In this document: in pieces, positions 40,266 through 49,920 of the stretch
Layout of the letters: every line of letters begins with the position of its first letter
How positions within the stretch are numbered: the stretch's first letter is position 1
Made by a program: the position numbers and the translations under genes
The notes under the pieces: model-generated
Database searches by the model: none
What the model saw: the letters and a program-made list of their open reading frames with translations, nothing else
What the model was told of the DNA's origin: nothing
Source: a virus
IMG/VR virus record: IMGVR_UViG_3300046167_000870
Length of the DNA stretch: 64,000 nucleotides
Strand: one strand, 5' to 3'

Positions 40266-40754
40266 TTAGAAATTTAATATACAGTAATCTGGTTGTACTT
40301 CTAAGCTAATTTCTTGAGCGGCATTTTCAGTGTCCCAATTGAAATCTCCGAAATCTGCTGAAGTAATGATTGCACCTTTTATAATCCATTCAGATACGAT
40401 ATCACCTACAGGTCCTAGTACATTTAATGTTAGATCTTTTTTATAGAAATCACTATATCCATCTCTACCTGTTACTGATTCGTGATGTAATCTAACCCAC
40501 TCCATTACTGCTTGAGCACCTGATGGTGTAATTGGATCAAATAACGTCATTGAAATTGGGTTCCAAGTAGATTTACCTTTTACAAATCTTTGAACGTTGA
40601 TATGATTTAAAGCTACTGTGCCTTGTGAGATTGTTACAGCTCCCATACCTTTAATCTGGTAAGATGGGATTCCATCTACATAAAGAATAAATCTATTCTT
40701 TTGTTTTGGCTCAAAAGCTGTGAAAAATATTTCGTTTGGGTCTAATACTGCCAT
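40266..40754 (-). CDS. Tail tube protein (gp19-like)
   Basis: FEPKQKNRF, GKSTWNPISMTLFD, YKKD, W.IKGA; follows sheath. Confidence 0.88.
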   Translation of the reverse strand: MAVLDPNEIFFTAFEPKQKNRFILYVDGIPSYQIKGMGAVTISQGTVALNHINVQRFVKGKSTWNPISMTLFDPITPSGAQAVMEWVRLHHESVTGRDGYSDFYKKDLTLNVLGPVGDIVSEWIIKGAIITSADFGDFNWDTENAAQEISLEVQPDYCILNF

Positions 40755-40800
40755 TTTATTATTTTATTTATTTTATTATAAATATTCTGTTTTTTAATTC

Positions 40801-42807
40801 TTATGATGGAAATGTTGCTCCAGTTGGTAAAACATTGAAATCTAGAATTATGAATTCAGCTGTTTTAGTTGGCTGTAAGTAAATTTGTCCTACTAGCTCG
40901 TTTCTATCGATTACATCTGGTGTGTTATTTGTAGCATCCATTACAACTTTAAACGCGTATAAACCTTGTCTTTGTTGTACACTTTCTAAGTATGGGTTAA
41001 CTTGTGCTAAGAAATTATTTCTTGTGCTTATTGTATTTTGTTCAAATACTAAGTTATCTGATACTTGTACAATGTATGATTTTAATGCTATTAATAATCT
41101 ACGTACATTTACTCTATCTAAAGCACTTGCTCTTTTCTGTAATGTTTTCTGTCCAAATACTACAACTCCACTTCCTGGGAATGTTGCAATTGGGTTAACA
41201 TTTGCTTCATATAGGTTATCTCTGTTACCTGATGTTAATTTTCTTTCTGCTTTAACTACGTTACCTAGCGCACCTCTAATTAGACCTGCTGGTGCGAACC
41301 ATGGGTCTGAAGAAGCATCTGTAAATGCGTATACTCCCGGTATAAACACAGAAGCTGGCGACCAAACATACTGAGCGTTTGCGTCAATTGATTGTAGCCA
41401 AGGCCAATATGTTGCTGCATATGAACTATCAAATGCTGATGCTTGAGTTACTACAGTATTTACTGTACTGTTATAAGGTACTAAATCAACTACTGCAATA
41501 CAGTCAGTTCTTGATTGAGCTAATGCTACCATCTGAGATACTACTGGTGAGTGATCTGATAATGAGTTAATTAGTCCTGGAGCTGTAATTACATTAAAGT
41601 TGTAAGCATCGGTATTTGACAATAAGTTTAATGATTGTGTATATTCTGCTGCAATTAATCCTTGAATGTTTGTATTCGTGATATTTTCGTTAAATTTCAC
41701 AGGCCCCATTGCTATATTATTACCACTACCACCTTGGAACGAACCTGATCCTATAGCTGGAATGCTTGTAAAATATGCTGGTTTAGCTGCTCCATTATTA
41801 TCAAAATAATTTGGTGTAGGTGAATTTACTGCGCTTACATAAACATAAGCACTATTGTTTGGATATTCACCATTTGATTTTACATAATAATCAACACCAT
41901 CTTGTTCTACTGAGTAGTAAGTATTACCAATAACTTTTTCTACATAATTTGCAGCCAATGGATCCATTGATAAGTTATTGTATTGTTCTAATACTGCTTT
42001 TTGAGTAGCTGTGTCATTACCACGTCTAATAGCTAATGAAAATTGTCCAGATCCTGTATTAGCACCTGTAATTTCCCATCTTACATTATTTCTAGTACCA
42101 TTTGTTAATGTACCATTTGCACTATCTGGTCCTGCTTGGTAATTATTCATTACAGCACCTTCTGATATTGTAGATAATTTAAATGCTACTTCACTTTCTA
42201 AATCTGAAGCTTTAAGAGTAATTACAAATGTTCCACTTCCTCCTCCTTGACTTCCTTGAACGGTTAATGCGTTACCAGCTACATAAGCTTGTCCTGCTGT
42301 AAAATTAACTGAAGTAACAACTCCATCTGCAGTTACTGTATATGTTCCTGCTGCTGAATTTCCTGCTCCACCAGTAACTGTACCTAAAGCATGTGTTCCT
42401 GCAACTTGACTTGCAAGAGTATTTGCTGAAATAGAAGCAGACATATTAATGTCAGTTCTCAGTACTCCTGCTGGGGTAGTAGCTATATTATCAATTGAAG
42501 ATGAAGCTTCTGACCATCCTGCTGATCCACTAACTACTCTTACGACTAGTAATGATTCACCACCTTGTTGGAAGTAATTAGATGCTGCTGCTGAGTTTAG
42601 GTATGAGTATGATCGTGAGCCACTTTCAATTGACCCTCCGAATATAGCTTCGTATTGCGAGAATGAAGATACTGCCGTTGGAATTCCAACTGGACCTTGA
42701 ACTGCTGGTCCAATTATTGCAGCACCAAATGAAATTGGTGGTGCTCCAATGAAGGATTGATCATTTTCTCTTGCTAATACACCTGGAGATATTAATGTTT
42801 CTGCCAT
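40801..42807 (-). CDS. Tail sheath protein (gp18-like)
   Basis: SPGVLAREND, WFAPAG..RG, RVNVRRL, FEQN, KTAEFI. Confidence 0.95.
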   Translation of the reverse strand: MAETLISPGVLARENDQSFIGAPPISFGAAIIGPAVQGPVGIPTAVSSFSQYEAIFGGSIESGSRSYSYLNSAAASNYFQQGGESLLVVRVVSGSAGWSEASSSIDNIATTPAGVLRTDINMSASISANTLASQVAGTHALGTVTGGAGNSAAGTYTVTADGVVTSVNFTAGQAYVAGNALTVQGSQGGGSGTFVITLKASDLESEVAFKLSTISEGAVMNNYQAGPDSANGTLTNGTRNNVRWEITGANTGSGQFSLAIRRGNDTATQKAVLEQYNNLSMDPLAANYVEKVIGNTYYSVEQDGVDYYVKSNGEYPNNSAYVYVSAVNSPTPNYFDNNGAAKPAYFTSIPAIGSGSFQGGSGNNIAMGPVKFNENITNTNIQGLIAAEYTQSLNLLSNTDAYNFNVITAPGLINSLSDHSPVVSQMVALAQSRTDCIAVVDLVPYNSTVNTVVTQASAFDSSYAATYWPWLQSIDANAQYVWSPASVFIPGVYAFTDASSDPWFAPAGLIRGALGNVVKAERKLTSGNRDNLYEANVNPIATFPGSGVVVFGQKTLQKRASALDRVNVRRLLIALKSYIVQVSDNLVFEQNTISTRNNFLAQVNPYLESVQQRQGLYAFKVVMDATNNTPDVIDRNELVGQIYLQPTKTAEFIILDFNVLPTGATFPS

Positions 42808-42865
42808 TGTCTTATATTATATTTAATATTGTTTTATTATAAATATTAGAAAATATCTCAAAAAT

Positions 42866-43117
42866 TTATTCTGCTGTGGTAAATTCTCCTTTTTCTAAGT
42901 CTATATTACCATCACCATACTTTTCTTGTAACTCCTTACCAAATTTAGCTTGGTCTTTTGTTAATTTTTGAAACTTTTCTAAAAGTTGTTCCTTTTGTCT
43001 CTCTAGGACATCAATTCTTAATTCAGTTGCTCCTGTCTGTACTACAATATCATTGTTTCTAGTTTGGAATTCTTCTAAAATTTGCAACTCACTTTCTGAT
43101 AACTTTTTACTCGCCAT
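42866..43117 (-). CDS. Small coiled-coil protein
   Basis: 83 aa ending KYGDGNIDLEKGEF. Confidence 0.65.
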   Translation of the reverse strand: MASKKLSESELQILEEFQTRNNDIVVQTGATELRIDVLERQKEQLLEKFQKLTKDQAKFGKELQEKYGDGNIDLEKGEFTTAE

Positions 43118-43164
43118 AATTTTTGGTTTTTAATTTATTATAAATATGTTATTATTTGTTAAGA

Positions 43165-44112
43165 TTAACTTCTACTTCTATGGTCTGTAGTAGGGTTTGA
43201 AGTTTGTATTCCTGCTCCTTCTACATCACTTACAGTTTCCATGTTAATTGTAACTTTTGCTTTTGAATTATATTTTTTAGTTGATGCTAAATCTTTTTGT
43301 ATAGTATCAGGGATTAAATATCCACGTAATCTAATATTAAAAGTTCCAGTAACCAACCTATCTTTATTAATTGTTAATTCTGTGGCTGTAGAAAAACTAT
43401 CTATAAATGATCTAAACATAAATCTTTCAGGATTGCCCCAATACGCATCTGATGCATACTCGCATGCTTCAATAATTTTATTTAGTTGTTCCATATAATA
43501 AGTTTGTATTAAACAACTATAGTCCATAGTAACATAATCTGGTTGTGCTACTACATGAAATGTGTCTACTGGTATTCTATTATTTAGAGCTGCAAAATTA
43601 CCATAAAAGTTTTTAGCACTAAATTGTTTAGAAAATACCCCAGTTAAATTTGGTTGATTTGCATCTAATTTATTTGCAACTGTTCTATCTTTTGTTATTT
43701 TATCTCTTTTTAATACGATAATAGGTAACATAATTGCACCTTTTTTATCTCTATAATATCCATCACGTTGAAATGATTTCCATCTTTCAGGAGCACCATA
43801 TATTATAGGTACTTCTCTTCTAGCTCCATTTTGATAAACAAAAGGTTTAATTTTATTTTCAAAATAATAAAATACTGCTTCATCAATATCTTTAACACCT
43901 ACAGAAAATTGTTTAGTATCATCATCTCTAAAACTCATTTGATCCGATCTATTATGTTGGATACCAGTTTCTGAGTAATTTGGATTATTAGGGATAATAT
44001 CATTATTAGGATTAGTTTGTATCCCTTGTTCTTCTCTACCCCTAAAAGCCGTATGTTTATTTGTGCTTAAGGTTAATTGTGATTTTGGTATGGGTTTTCT
44101 TGGTTTTGCCAT
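43165..44112 (-). CDS. Tail terminator / sheath stabiliser (gp15-like)
   Basis: VPIIYGAPERW, LPII; position between neck and sheath. Confidence 0.65.
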   Translation of the reverse strand: MAKPRKPIPKSQLTLSTNKHTAFRGREEQGIQTNPNNDIIPNNPNYSETGIQHNRSDQMSFRDDDTKQFSVGVKDIDEAVFYYFENKIKPFVYQNGARREVPIIYGAPERWKSFQRDGYYRDKKGAIMLPIIVLKRDKITKDRTVANKLDANQPNLTGVFSKQFSAKNFYGNFAALNNRIPVDTFHVVAQPDYVTMDYSCLIQTYYMEQLNKIIEACEYASDAYWGNPERFMFRSFIDSFSTATELTINKDRLVTGTFNIRLRGYLIPDTIQKDLASTKKYNSKAKVTINMETVSDVEGAGIQTSNPTTDHRSRS

Positions 44113-44642
44113 TAGAATCTTTCTTGATATGGTGAAATAGCTACTTTATCAGCAGGTATATAATAAGTTGAAACTAGAATTGATATGTTATTACCAAATT
44201 CTTCTAATCCAGGATTAAGTGGATTAGGTTCTCCATCAGAATCATTATTAGGATATTCAGGATTTTTACCTCCCCAATATTGGTTTGCTACTGTACTTTG
44301 TACTCCATAATATCCTTCTTGATATAATATGATATCACCTACTCTAGGTACTATATCTTTTTCTACTAAATCATCTCTTAAAAAATAAAATTCAATAGGT
44401 TGGTTAAATTGGATACCTTCTACATTTTCACCATATTCTTCATTTGACCTATTAATTAAAACATTGAATAGAAAAGGACCATTATAATATTTTTCTTCAG
44501 CTGCTTCACCGTAAATATTAACTTTTGTTTCTTCTAATTGAAACTGATAGATAGCGGCTTGTTGAGTTATAATGTTACCCATTACTTCTCTATTTAAGTG
44601 CCTCATAAGGGACCAGTCCCTTTGTCTTGTAAACATTGCCAT
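44112..44642 (-). CDS. Neck / head-closure protein (gp14-like)
   Basis: NIYGEA, PRVGDII; position. Confidence 0.65.
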   Translation of the reverse strand: MAMFTRQRDWSLMRHLNREVMGNIITQQAAIYQFQLEETKVNIYGEAAEEKYYNGPFLFNVLINRSNEEYGENVEGIQFNQPIEFYFLRDDLVEKDIVPRVGDIILYQEGYYGVQSTVANQYWGGKNPEYPNNDSDGEPNPLNPGLEEFGNNISILVSTYYIPADKVAISPYQERF

Positions 44643-44643
44643 A

Positions 44644-46140
44644 TTATGCTATATAAATTGTGTAAGGCACTTGTTGTAACTCAATCATCTTAGATTCAGC
44701 CTCAGATGCTCTTCTATTTAATAATGCTTGTCTTGATGTTTCATCAAGATATGTTCTTAATCTTTCTATTAATGCTGCTTTTTCTGTTGTTGCTGCTGAT
44801 ATTAAATCACCTTGATTTAAATTAACTTCAGCATTTGGTATTGGAATACTACTATATTTTCCTCTTACATACCCTAACATTTCTTTTGCTAAAGCTAGTG
44901 TGTATTCGAATATCCATTGTCTACCTACTGAATTAATAAATTCATATGTAGGATTTTCAAATGGTGCATTTGATACATTTGTAACTTTAGTTGGAGTTTG
45001 TTTAACTGAACTATTTATTCTTTCATCTCTTAAAATGTAATCAAACCATAAAGTTCCTCCACCACAAATAGCTGTTATGTCTTGTTCTCTTAAAGTAAAT
45101 ACTAAATCTCCAGATGCATTACTAATATCATTACTAGAACCATCTATAGTAGCTGCTGATATTGTAATTACATCACCAGCTGTGTATCCACTACCTGATG
45201 ATTTTACTTTAAATTCATATGTAGTATTTGTTCCTTGACTTCCTATAATAACACCTTGTGCATCTTTACCTTCACCAGTTCCTCCAGTTATATCAATTAA
45301 AGATGAAGTTAAATCACTTGCAAATGTTATTGATGGTGGATTGGATGCTGATAAAGCATTATTTAATAGTAAAGATGAACCTGAATGGAATGTCCCATCA
45401 AAATTAGGTATAGGGAATATTCTTAATTTATCATCTTGTACTCTAAATGAATAGTTAGACATTCTAACCATTTCATTCATTTCTATTTGTTGTATTACTT
45501 GTAAATCATAATTTAATGGAGCCATTAAATATCCCATTCCTTGACCAAATCCTCCAAATCCAACAATACCTGCTGCTACAGCACCTCCAAATCCAAATCC
45601 ATTATAAGGATCTAAATATCTTGCTGATGCTGGGAATTTTGGTTCATAATATACTTTTTTTACTTCTATACCATTTTCGTATTCAGACCCTGTTAATCCA
45701 CTTCCTGTCATAAAAGTTTGGAAATCATAATCTTGAATACTAGAAGTTAATTGGAATGAGCCTGAGTAATACGGTACATTTCCTCCACTACCTGCTTCTT
45801 CACCATATTGTTCAGTTAATCTAACAATTGGTTCAAAACTTGGTGTTATTAATGCCTGGTTTAAAGATGACCCTGTTGTAATTCCTTCAAGTGATAATTG
45901 ATTATCACGTATTTTATATGCATATAATTCATTTCCATATGTAGTTACTGCTTCTTCAAATGCCGTAAAAAATGAACTTGATTGTAGTTCAACATCTACT
46001 AAAGGATAACCTAACCTTGAAGCACAAAATTTTGTGACTTTTATAGCATCGATTTGAAATGTAGTATCGGTATTATAGAATCCAAATGGTACGGATTTTT
46101 CGTTCCAAATTGGACAACCATCATAAATTGGTACATTCAT
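44644..46140 (-). CDS. Neck / head-tail adaptor (gp13-like) with inserted beta-rich domain
   Basis: RLGYPLVDVEL; WIFEYTLALAKEMLGYVRGKY. Confidence 0.8.
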   Translation of the reverse strand: MNVPIYDGCPIWNEKSVPFGFYNTDTTFQIDAIKVTKFCASRLGYPLVDVELQSSSFFTAFEEAVTTYGNELYAYKIRDNQLSLEGITTGSSLNQALITPSFEPIVRLTEQYGEEAGSGGNVPYYSGSFQLTSSIQDYDFQTFMTGSGLTGSEYENGIEVKKVYYEPKFPASARYLDPYNGFGFGGAVAAGIVGFGGFGQGMGYLMAPLNYDLQVIQQIEMNEMVRMSNYSFRVQDDKLRIFPIPNFDGTFHSGSSLLLNNALSASNPPSITFASDLTSSLIDITGGTGEGKDAQGVIIGSQGTNTTYEFKVKSSGSGYTAGDVITISAATIDGSSNDISNASGDLVFTLREQDITAICGGGTLWFDYILRDERINSSVKQTPTKVTNVSNAPFENPTYEFINSVGRQWIFEYTLALAKEMLGYVRGKYSSIPIPNAEVNLNQGDLISAATTEKAALIERLRTYLDETSRQALLNRRASEAESKMIELQQVPYTIYIA

Positions 46141-46166
46141 AGTTGAGTATTTTATTATAAATATTG

Positions 46167-46196
46167 AAAAAAAAAGCCCGAACGTGAGTTCGGGCT
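46167..46196 (-). terminator. Intrinsic terminator after major capsid gene
   Basis: AGCCCGAAC-TCAC-GTTCGGGCT followed by a T-run. Confidence 0.88.
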
Positions 46197-46225
46197 AATT
46201 CTTACTAACTAAGAGTTATCTCTGA

Positions 46226-47938
46226 TTATAGAGTGTTTAATCCTGAGATGTTGATAGTACCATAAAATTCTGGTCTTACCATTTTCTTAGCATATCTAGT
46301 TAACAATCCTTTTCTTGGTGTGAAAGTATTTGGATCGTATACTAGTGGAGTCATGATTAACGGAATGTACGGAGCAAATACAGCACCACTTTCAAGGAAC
46401 TGAGAACCTCTAAATCCTAATAAGATTTTGTTTTCAGTCATGTAAGGGTTTTTGTATACTTTGTAACGTCCATTAATTGAACCTACTTTTTGTACACCAA
46501 ATGCGTAGCTAGCTTTAGCAGCATCGCCATCTGAATCAGCAGCAAATCCTGGAATACTTTCCAAAATTGTACCTACAGTTGGAGAACATACTAAGAAGTT
46601 AGCACCACCTCTAAGAGTTTTCTGGTGAATGATATTACTCAACTTTTGGATTTTAGTTCCTAAAGTTTGGAACCATTGTCCTTGTGAGTTATAGAATCCT
46701 AAGTCAGTAACAACAGCATTACCGTTAGCAGCTGTTGAAATTGCAGTATTGTTAACTGCTGACCAGTTTTCAGTTCCAGCTCCTGCTCCTTCGATCAACA
46801 TAGAAAGAATTTCTAGGTCAATTTCTAATGAGATATACTCACTAAGGATAGAAGTTAATTCTGCTTCAGCATCTAATGCATGGTATGCATTTAAATCCTG
46901 TGCGAATTCTGGAGTCCAAACTGCTTTAAGTTTTCTAGTTTTAGCAACGATTGCAGATGATTTCATCTGAATGTTGATTTCTGGAATAACTTGTGGAGGA
47001 CAGCATCCGCTGTTTCCGTTTGAACCTGAATCATTCCAAGTGTTTGGTACGCTGTTTCCAGCTTCAAAGTCACCTCTGTATTGATCAGTAGGTTGTACTT
47101 GGAATACAATTGATTGTGCAGTTGCAGCATTACCTGTAGCTCCAGCCCAATCAGCGGCTAGTGCAAGGAAATGTACATTAGTATCATCTACTGAAGTAAA
47201 TGCTGATACTTGTTTACCTGCAGATCCTGTTTTAACTAGTAAAGAAGGAATTCTTGATGCAGCTGAACCTGAGTATAATTGGAATCCTTTAACACCTTCG
47301 AAATCAGCCATTCCTAAACCTGATTTAGCGAATGAGAATTTCTTATAGTCTCCGAATGATGCTGAGTAATCAGAATCATAGTTAAAGTCAGACCATTTAG
47401 CTGTTGCTACTGCAGCAACGTTTACTTGTGAAGAAGTATTTTGAATAGAATATCCAAATCTACCTGCTCCATAAAGACCACCTTCGTTAGTGTTTCCGAA
47501 TGGTGCATTTCCACCTTCGTTACCGTATAATGAATCACCGGCAGCGAATGGAGTTTTGTCATTTCCGTATTGGAAATCTAGGTAAAATACTAGACCAGAA
47601 GGTAAGTTCATTGGCTGAACGCTAACAAATTCTTTTGCTGCGATTTGACCAAATACTTTTCTTACTAATGGTAAAGCAACTCCAGCCCATTGACCACCGA
47701 TGTTAACAGCAGTTTGGCTTGAGAATGTACCTGAAGACGCAGTACCTCCTCCTGTTTGAGAAGATTCTACTACAAGTTGTTTAGCTTGGTTTTCTAAAAT
47801 GATTCCCATGTTGTTTTTGTGGGCACCATTTAAACCTTCTAAAAGACCTGTTTTTTCCCATTTACCAGCTAATTTAGCTGCATCAGACTGTAGAGACTGA
47901 TATGGGTTAGCGCTTTCTAAAAGAGTATTTAAGCTCAT
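46226..47938 (-). CDS. Major capsid protein (T4 gp23-like)
   Basis: VQPMNLPSGLVFYL, AKTRKLKAVWTPEFAQDL, APYIPL, TRYA. Confidence 0.96.
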   Translation of the reverse strand: MSLNTLLESANPYQSLQSDAAKLAGKWEKTGLLEGLNGAHKNNMGIILENQAKQLVVESSQTGGGTASSGTFSSQTAVNIGGQWAGVALPLVRKVFGQIAAKEFVSVQPMNLPSGLVFYLDFQYGNDKTPFAAGDSLYGNEGGNAPFGNTNEGGLYGAGRFGYSIQNTSSQVNVAAVATAKWSDFNYDSDYSASFGDYKKFSFAKSGLGMADFEGVKGFQLYSGSAASRIPSLLVKTGSAGKQVSAFTSVDDTNVHFLALAADWAGATGNAATAQSIVFQVQPTDQYRGDFEAGNSVPNTWNDSGSNGNSGCCPPQVIPEINIQMKSSAIVAKTRKLKAVWTPEFAQDLNAYHALDAEAELTSILSEYISLEIDLEILSMLIEGAGAGTENWSAVNNTAISTAANGNAVVTDLGFYNSQGQWFQTLGTKIQKLSNIIHQKTLRGGANFLVCSPTVGTILESIPGFAADSDGDAAKASYAFGVQKVGSINGRYKVYKNPYMTENKILLGFRGSQFLESGAVFAPYIPLIMTPLVYDPNTFTPRKGLLTRYAKKMVRPEFYGTINISGLNTL

Positions 47939-47969
47939 AATAAATAGTTTAAATTGTTAATAATAATTT

Positions 47970-49181
47970 TTAAATTAATCCCGCTAGCTTACGCATACGG
48001 TTGTAAACGTCATTTGACTCAATGATTGGTTGTTTTGTTGACGTCGCTTTTGGTTCTAAACCACTAGCTTTCGATGCAGATCCTAAGTTTCTTGATTCAT
48101 TTACTGGAGATTTATCTAGTAAACCTTCTGATAATGTTTCAAAAATTGTTTTCGCTGCTTGTACATCCTTCGCTTTGTCAAACGCTTTTAATACCTTAAC
48201 TTTTTTACTTTCAGTTAAGTTTTTTGCCTTGAAAATTTTGTTAGTGTAAAGTAACTTAGCATTTAAAAGGTTAACTTCATTCAATTCAACTTTAAGCGCT
48301 TGAATTTCATCCATTGCTTCTTTGAATCTCATTTTTTCAGTTTCTTTTTCGATTTTAGAGTCATCTTTGTCTCCATCCTCGTTTCCGACACCTTTTTCAC
48401 CTTTTACACGAGATGCTTCATCGATCTCGTCTTTTGCTTCATCAACTTTTTCACTTTCATCCATTTCTTCTTTTTTGGCTTCGTCGATTTCTACATCTAC
48501 GCTTAAGTCGTCTACAACATCAATGTCTTCAACGTCTTCAACTTCAACTTCGTCTTCTACGAATTCGTCACCTGGCTCAATTTCGCCGTCAGCGACCATG
48601 TCTTTAATGACATCCTCGATAAATCCTTTAAGGTCGTCTTCTGACATATCTTCGAGATCAATTTCCTCGTCTTCCATGTCTTCTTTTTCGTCCTTCATTC
48701 CATCTTTGTACCCTTCTTCTTCTGCGTCAGTACGAGCATCTTCTTCAAGATCTTCTTTCTCGTCTTTCATGCCATCTTTGTAGCCTTCTTCTTCTGCGTC
48801 AGTTCTAGCGTCCTCAGATAAATCTTTAGAATCTTCAAGTTCAGCTAATAGTTCATCAAGATCGATTTCTTCATCCACTTCCTCTTTTTCTTCTTGCACT
48901 GTAGATTGACCTACTTTTTTCGGCGCAAGATCTTTTAAAGAGTCACCGGCTGGAGAGTTCTTTCTTTCGAAACTAGAAGCATCCATTTCTTCAACTTTGT
49001 CTTCTTTTTCTTCTTTTACTTCATCATCTTTGTCCATTTCTTCTAACTTTGCAGCTAGCATAGATTTTAGATGTGGAGTGAAAGCTTCTTCAAGAGCAAG
49101 TTTGGCGTTTGCGATTGCTGTTTCCCTTACGGACTTCGCATCGGCAATTGCCTCTTTTAGCAAATCTCTGTTTGTTGCCAT
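47970..49181 (-). CDS. Prohead scaffold / core protein (gp22-like)
   Basis: Highly acidic and coiled, ends RMRKLAGLI, between protease and MCP. Confidence 0.8.
   Translation of the reverse strand: MATNRDLLKEAIADAKSVRETAIANAKLALEEAFTPHLKSMLAAKLEEMDKDDEVKEEKEDKVEEMDASSFERKNSPAGDSLKDLAPKKVGQSTVQEEKEEVDEEIDLDELLAELEDSKDLSEDARTDAEEEGYKDGMKDEKEDLEEDARTDAEEEGYKDGMKDEKEDMEDEEIDLEDMSEDDLKGFIEDVIKDMVADGEIEPGDEFVEDEVEVEDVEDIDVVDDLSVDVEIDEAKKEEMDESEKVDEAKDEIDEASRVKGEKGVGNEDGDKDDSKIEKETEKMRFKEAMDEIQALKVELNEVNLLNAKLLYTNKIFKAKNLTESKKVKVLKAFDKAKDVQAAKTIFETLSEGLLDKSPVNESRNLGSASKASGLEPKATSTKQPIIESNDVYNRMRKLAGLI
48677..48814. repeat. 63-bp imperfect tandem duplication in scaffold gene
   Basis: EDARTDAEEEGYKDGMKDEKED occurs twice with synonymous differences. 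Confidence 0.85.
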
Positions 49182-49308
49182 AATCCCAAAATTTAGTTTG
49201 TGAAATACGTCTATTCATGAGACGTAATAGAAAATTATTAATAGTCTAACATCATATAAAGATAATCATGATGTATTACGGTTATACGTATATGAAAATA
49301 TCTTAAAA

Positions 49309-49908
49309 TTACATTACAGGACAAGAGCCTTTTGAGCAAAGGATCTCAGTAACAATTTGGTTAACTTTTGTATAATCATAATTAACCATTTCTTTACCTT
49401 CTTTAATAGTATGCATATAAGAACCTGGGTTTGATGGTGTTGAAACAAAATCCCAACATAGTAATTCAAAGTCATCTTGTACTTCCATTACACCACCTCT
49501 ATCTTGTAATGAACCCATTCCTCTTGATGATACACCTACTGTAACACCATGTCCTATTAGTTCTTTAAGTATATTTCCTGAGGGAGTAGGTAAAATTTCT
49601 ATTTTACCCATTACGTTATCTCCATCCCACCAAAAATCAGATATTAGGTGAGATACATTTTTTAAATTTACTACTGATGATTCAGGGTGATCTAGTTCTC
49701 CCATTGAACGTCTTTGTTCAACAAGTTCAGCATATTTATTCATTTCTCTTTCCCATAAATCTTTAGAGTAGTAACGACCATTACCGTTTTTAACTTCAGC
49801 AGTTGCTAAAACACCCTCAACTAATAAATTACCATTTTCAGATACATTTTCAGTTAGCTGTTGGGGTGAGGCCTTAAACTCGTGAGTTTCTATTAGTAAT
49901 GTCTTCAT
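49309..49908 (-). CDS. Prohead protease (T4 gp21-like)
   Basis: NGNGRYY, GELDHP, VSH, GVSSRGMGS, DFVSTPS. Confidence 0.95.
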   Translation of the reverse strand: MKTLLIETHEFKASPQQLTENVSENGNLLVEGVLATAEVKNGNGRYYSKDLWEREMNKYAELVEQRRSMGELDHPESSVVNLKNVSHLISDFWWDGDNVMGKIEILPTPSGNILKELIGHGVTVGVSSRGMGSLQDRGGVMEVQDDFELLCWDFVSTPSNPGSYMHTIKEGKEMVNYDYTKVNQIVTEILCSKGSCPVM

Positions 49909-49920
49909 ATAATAACTTGA

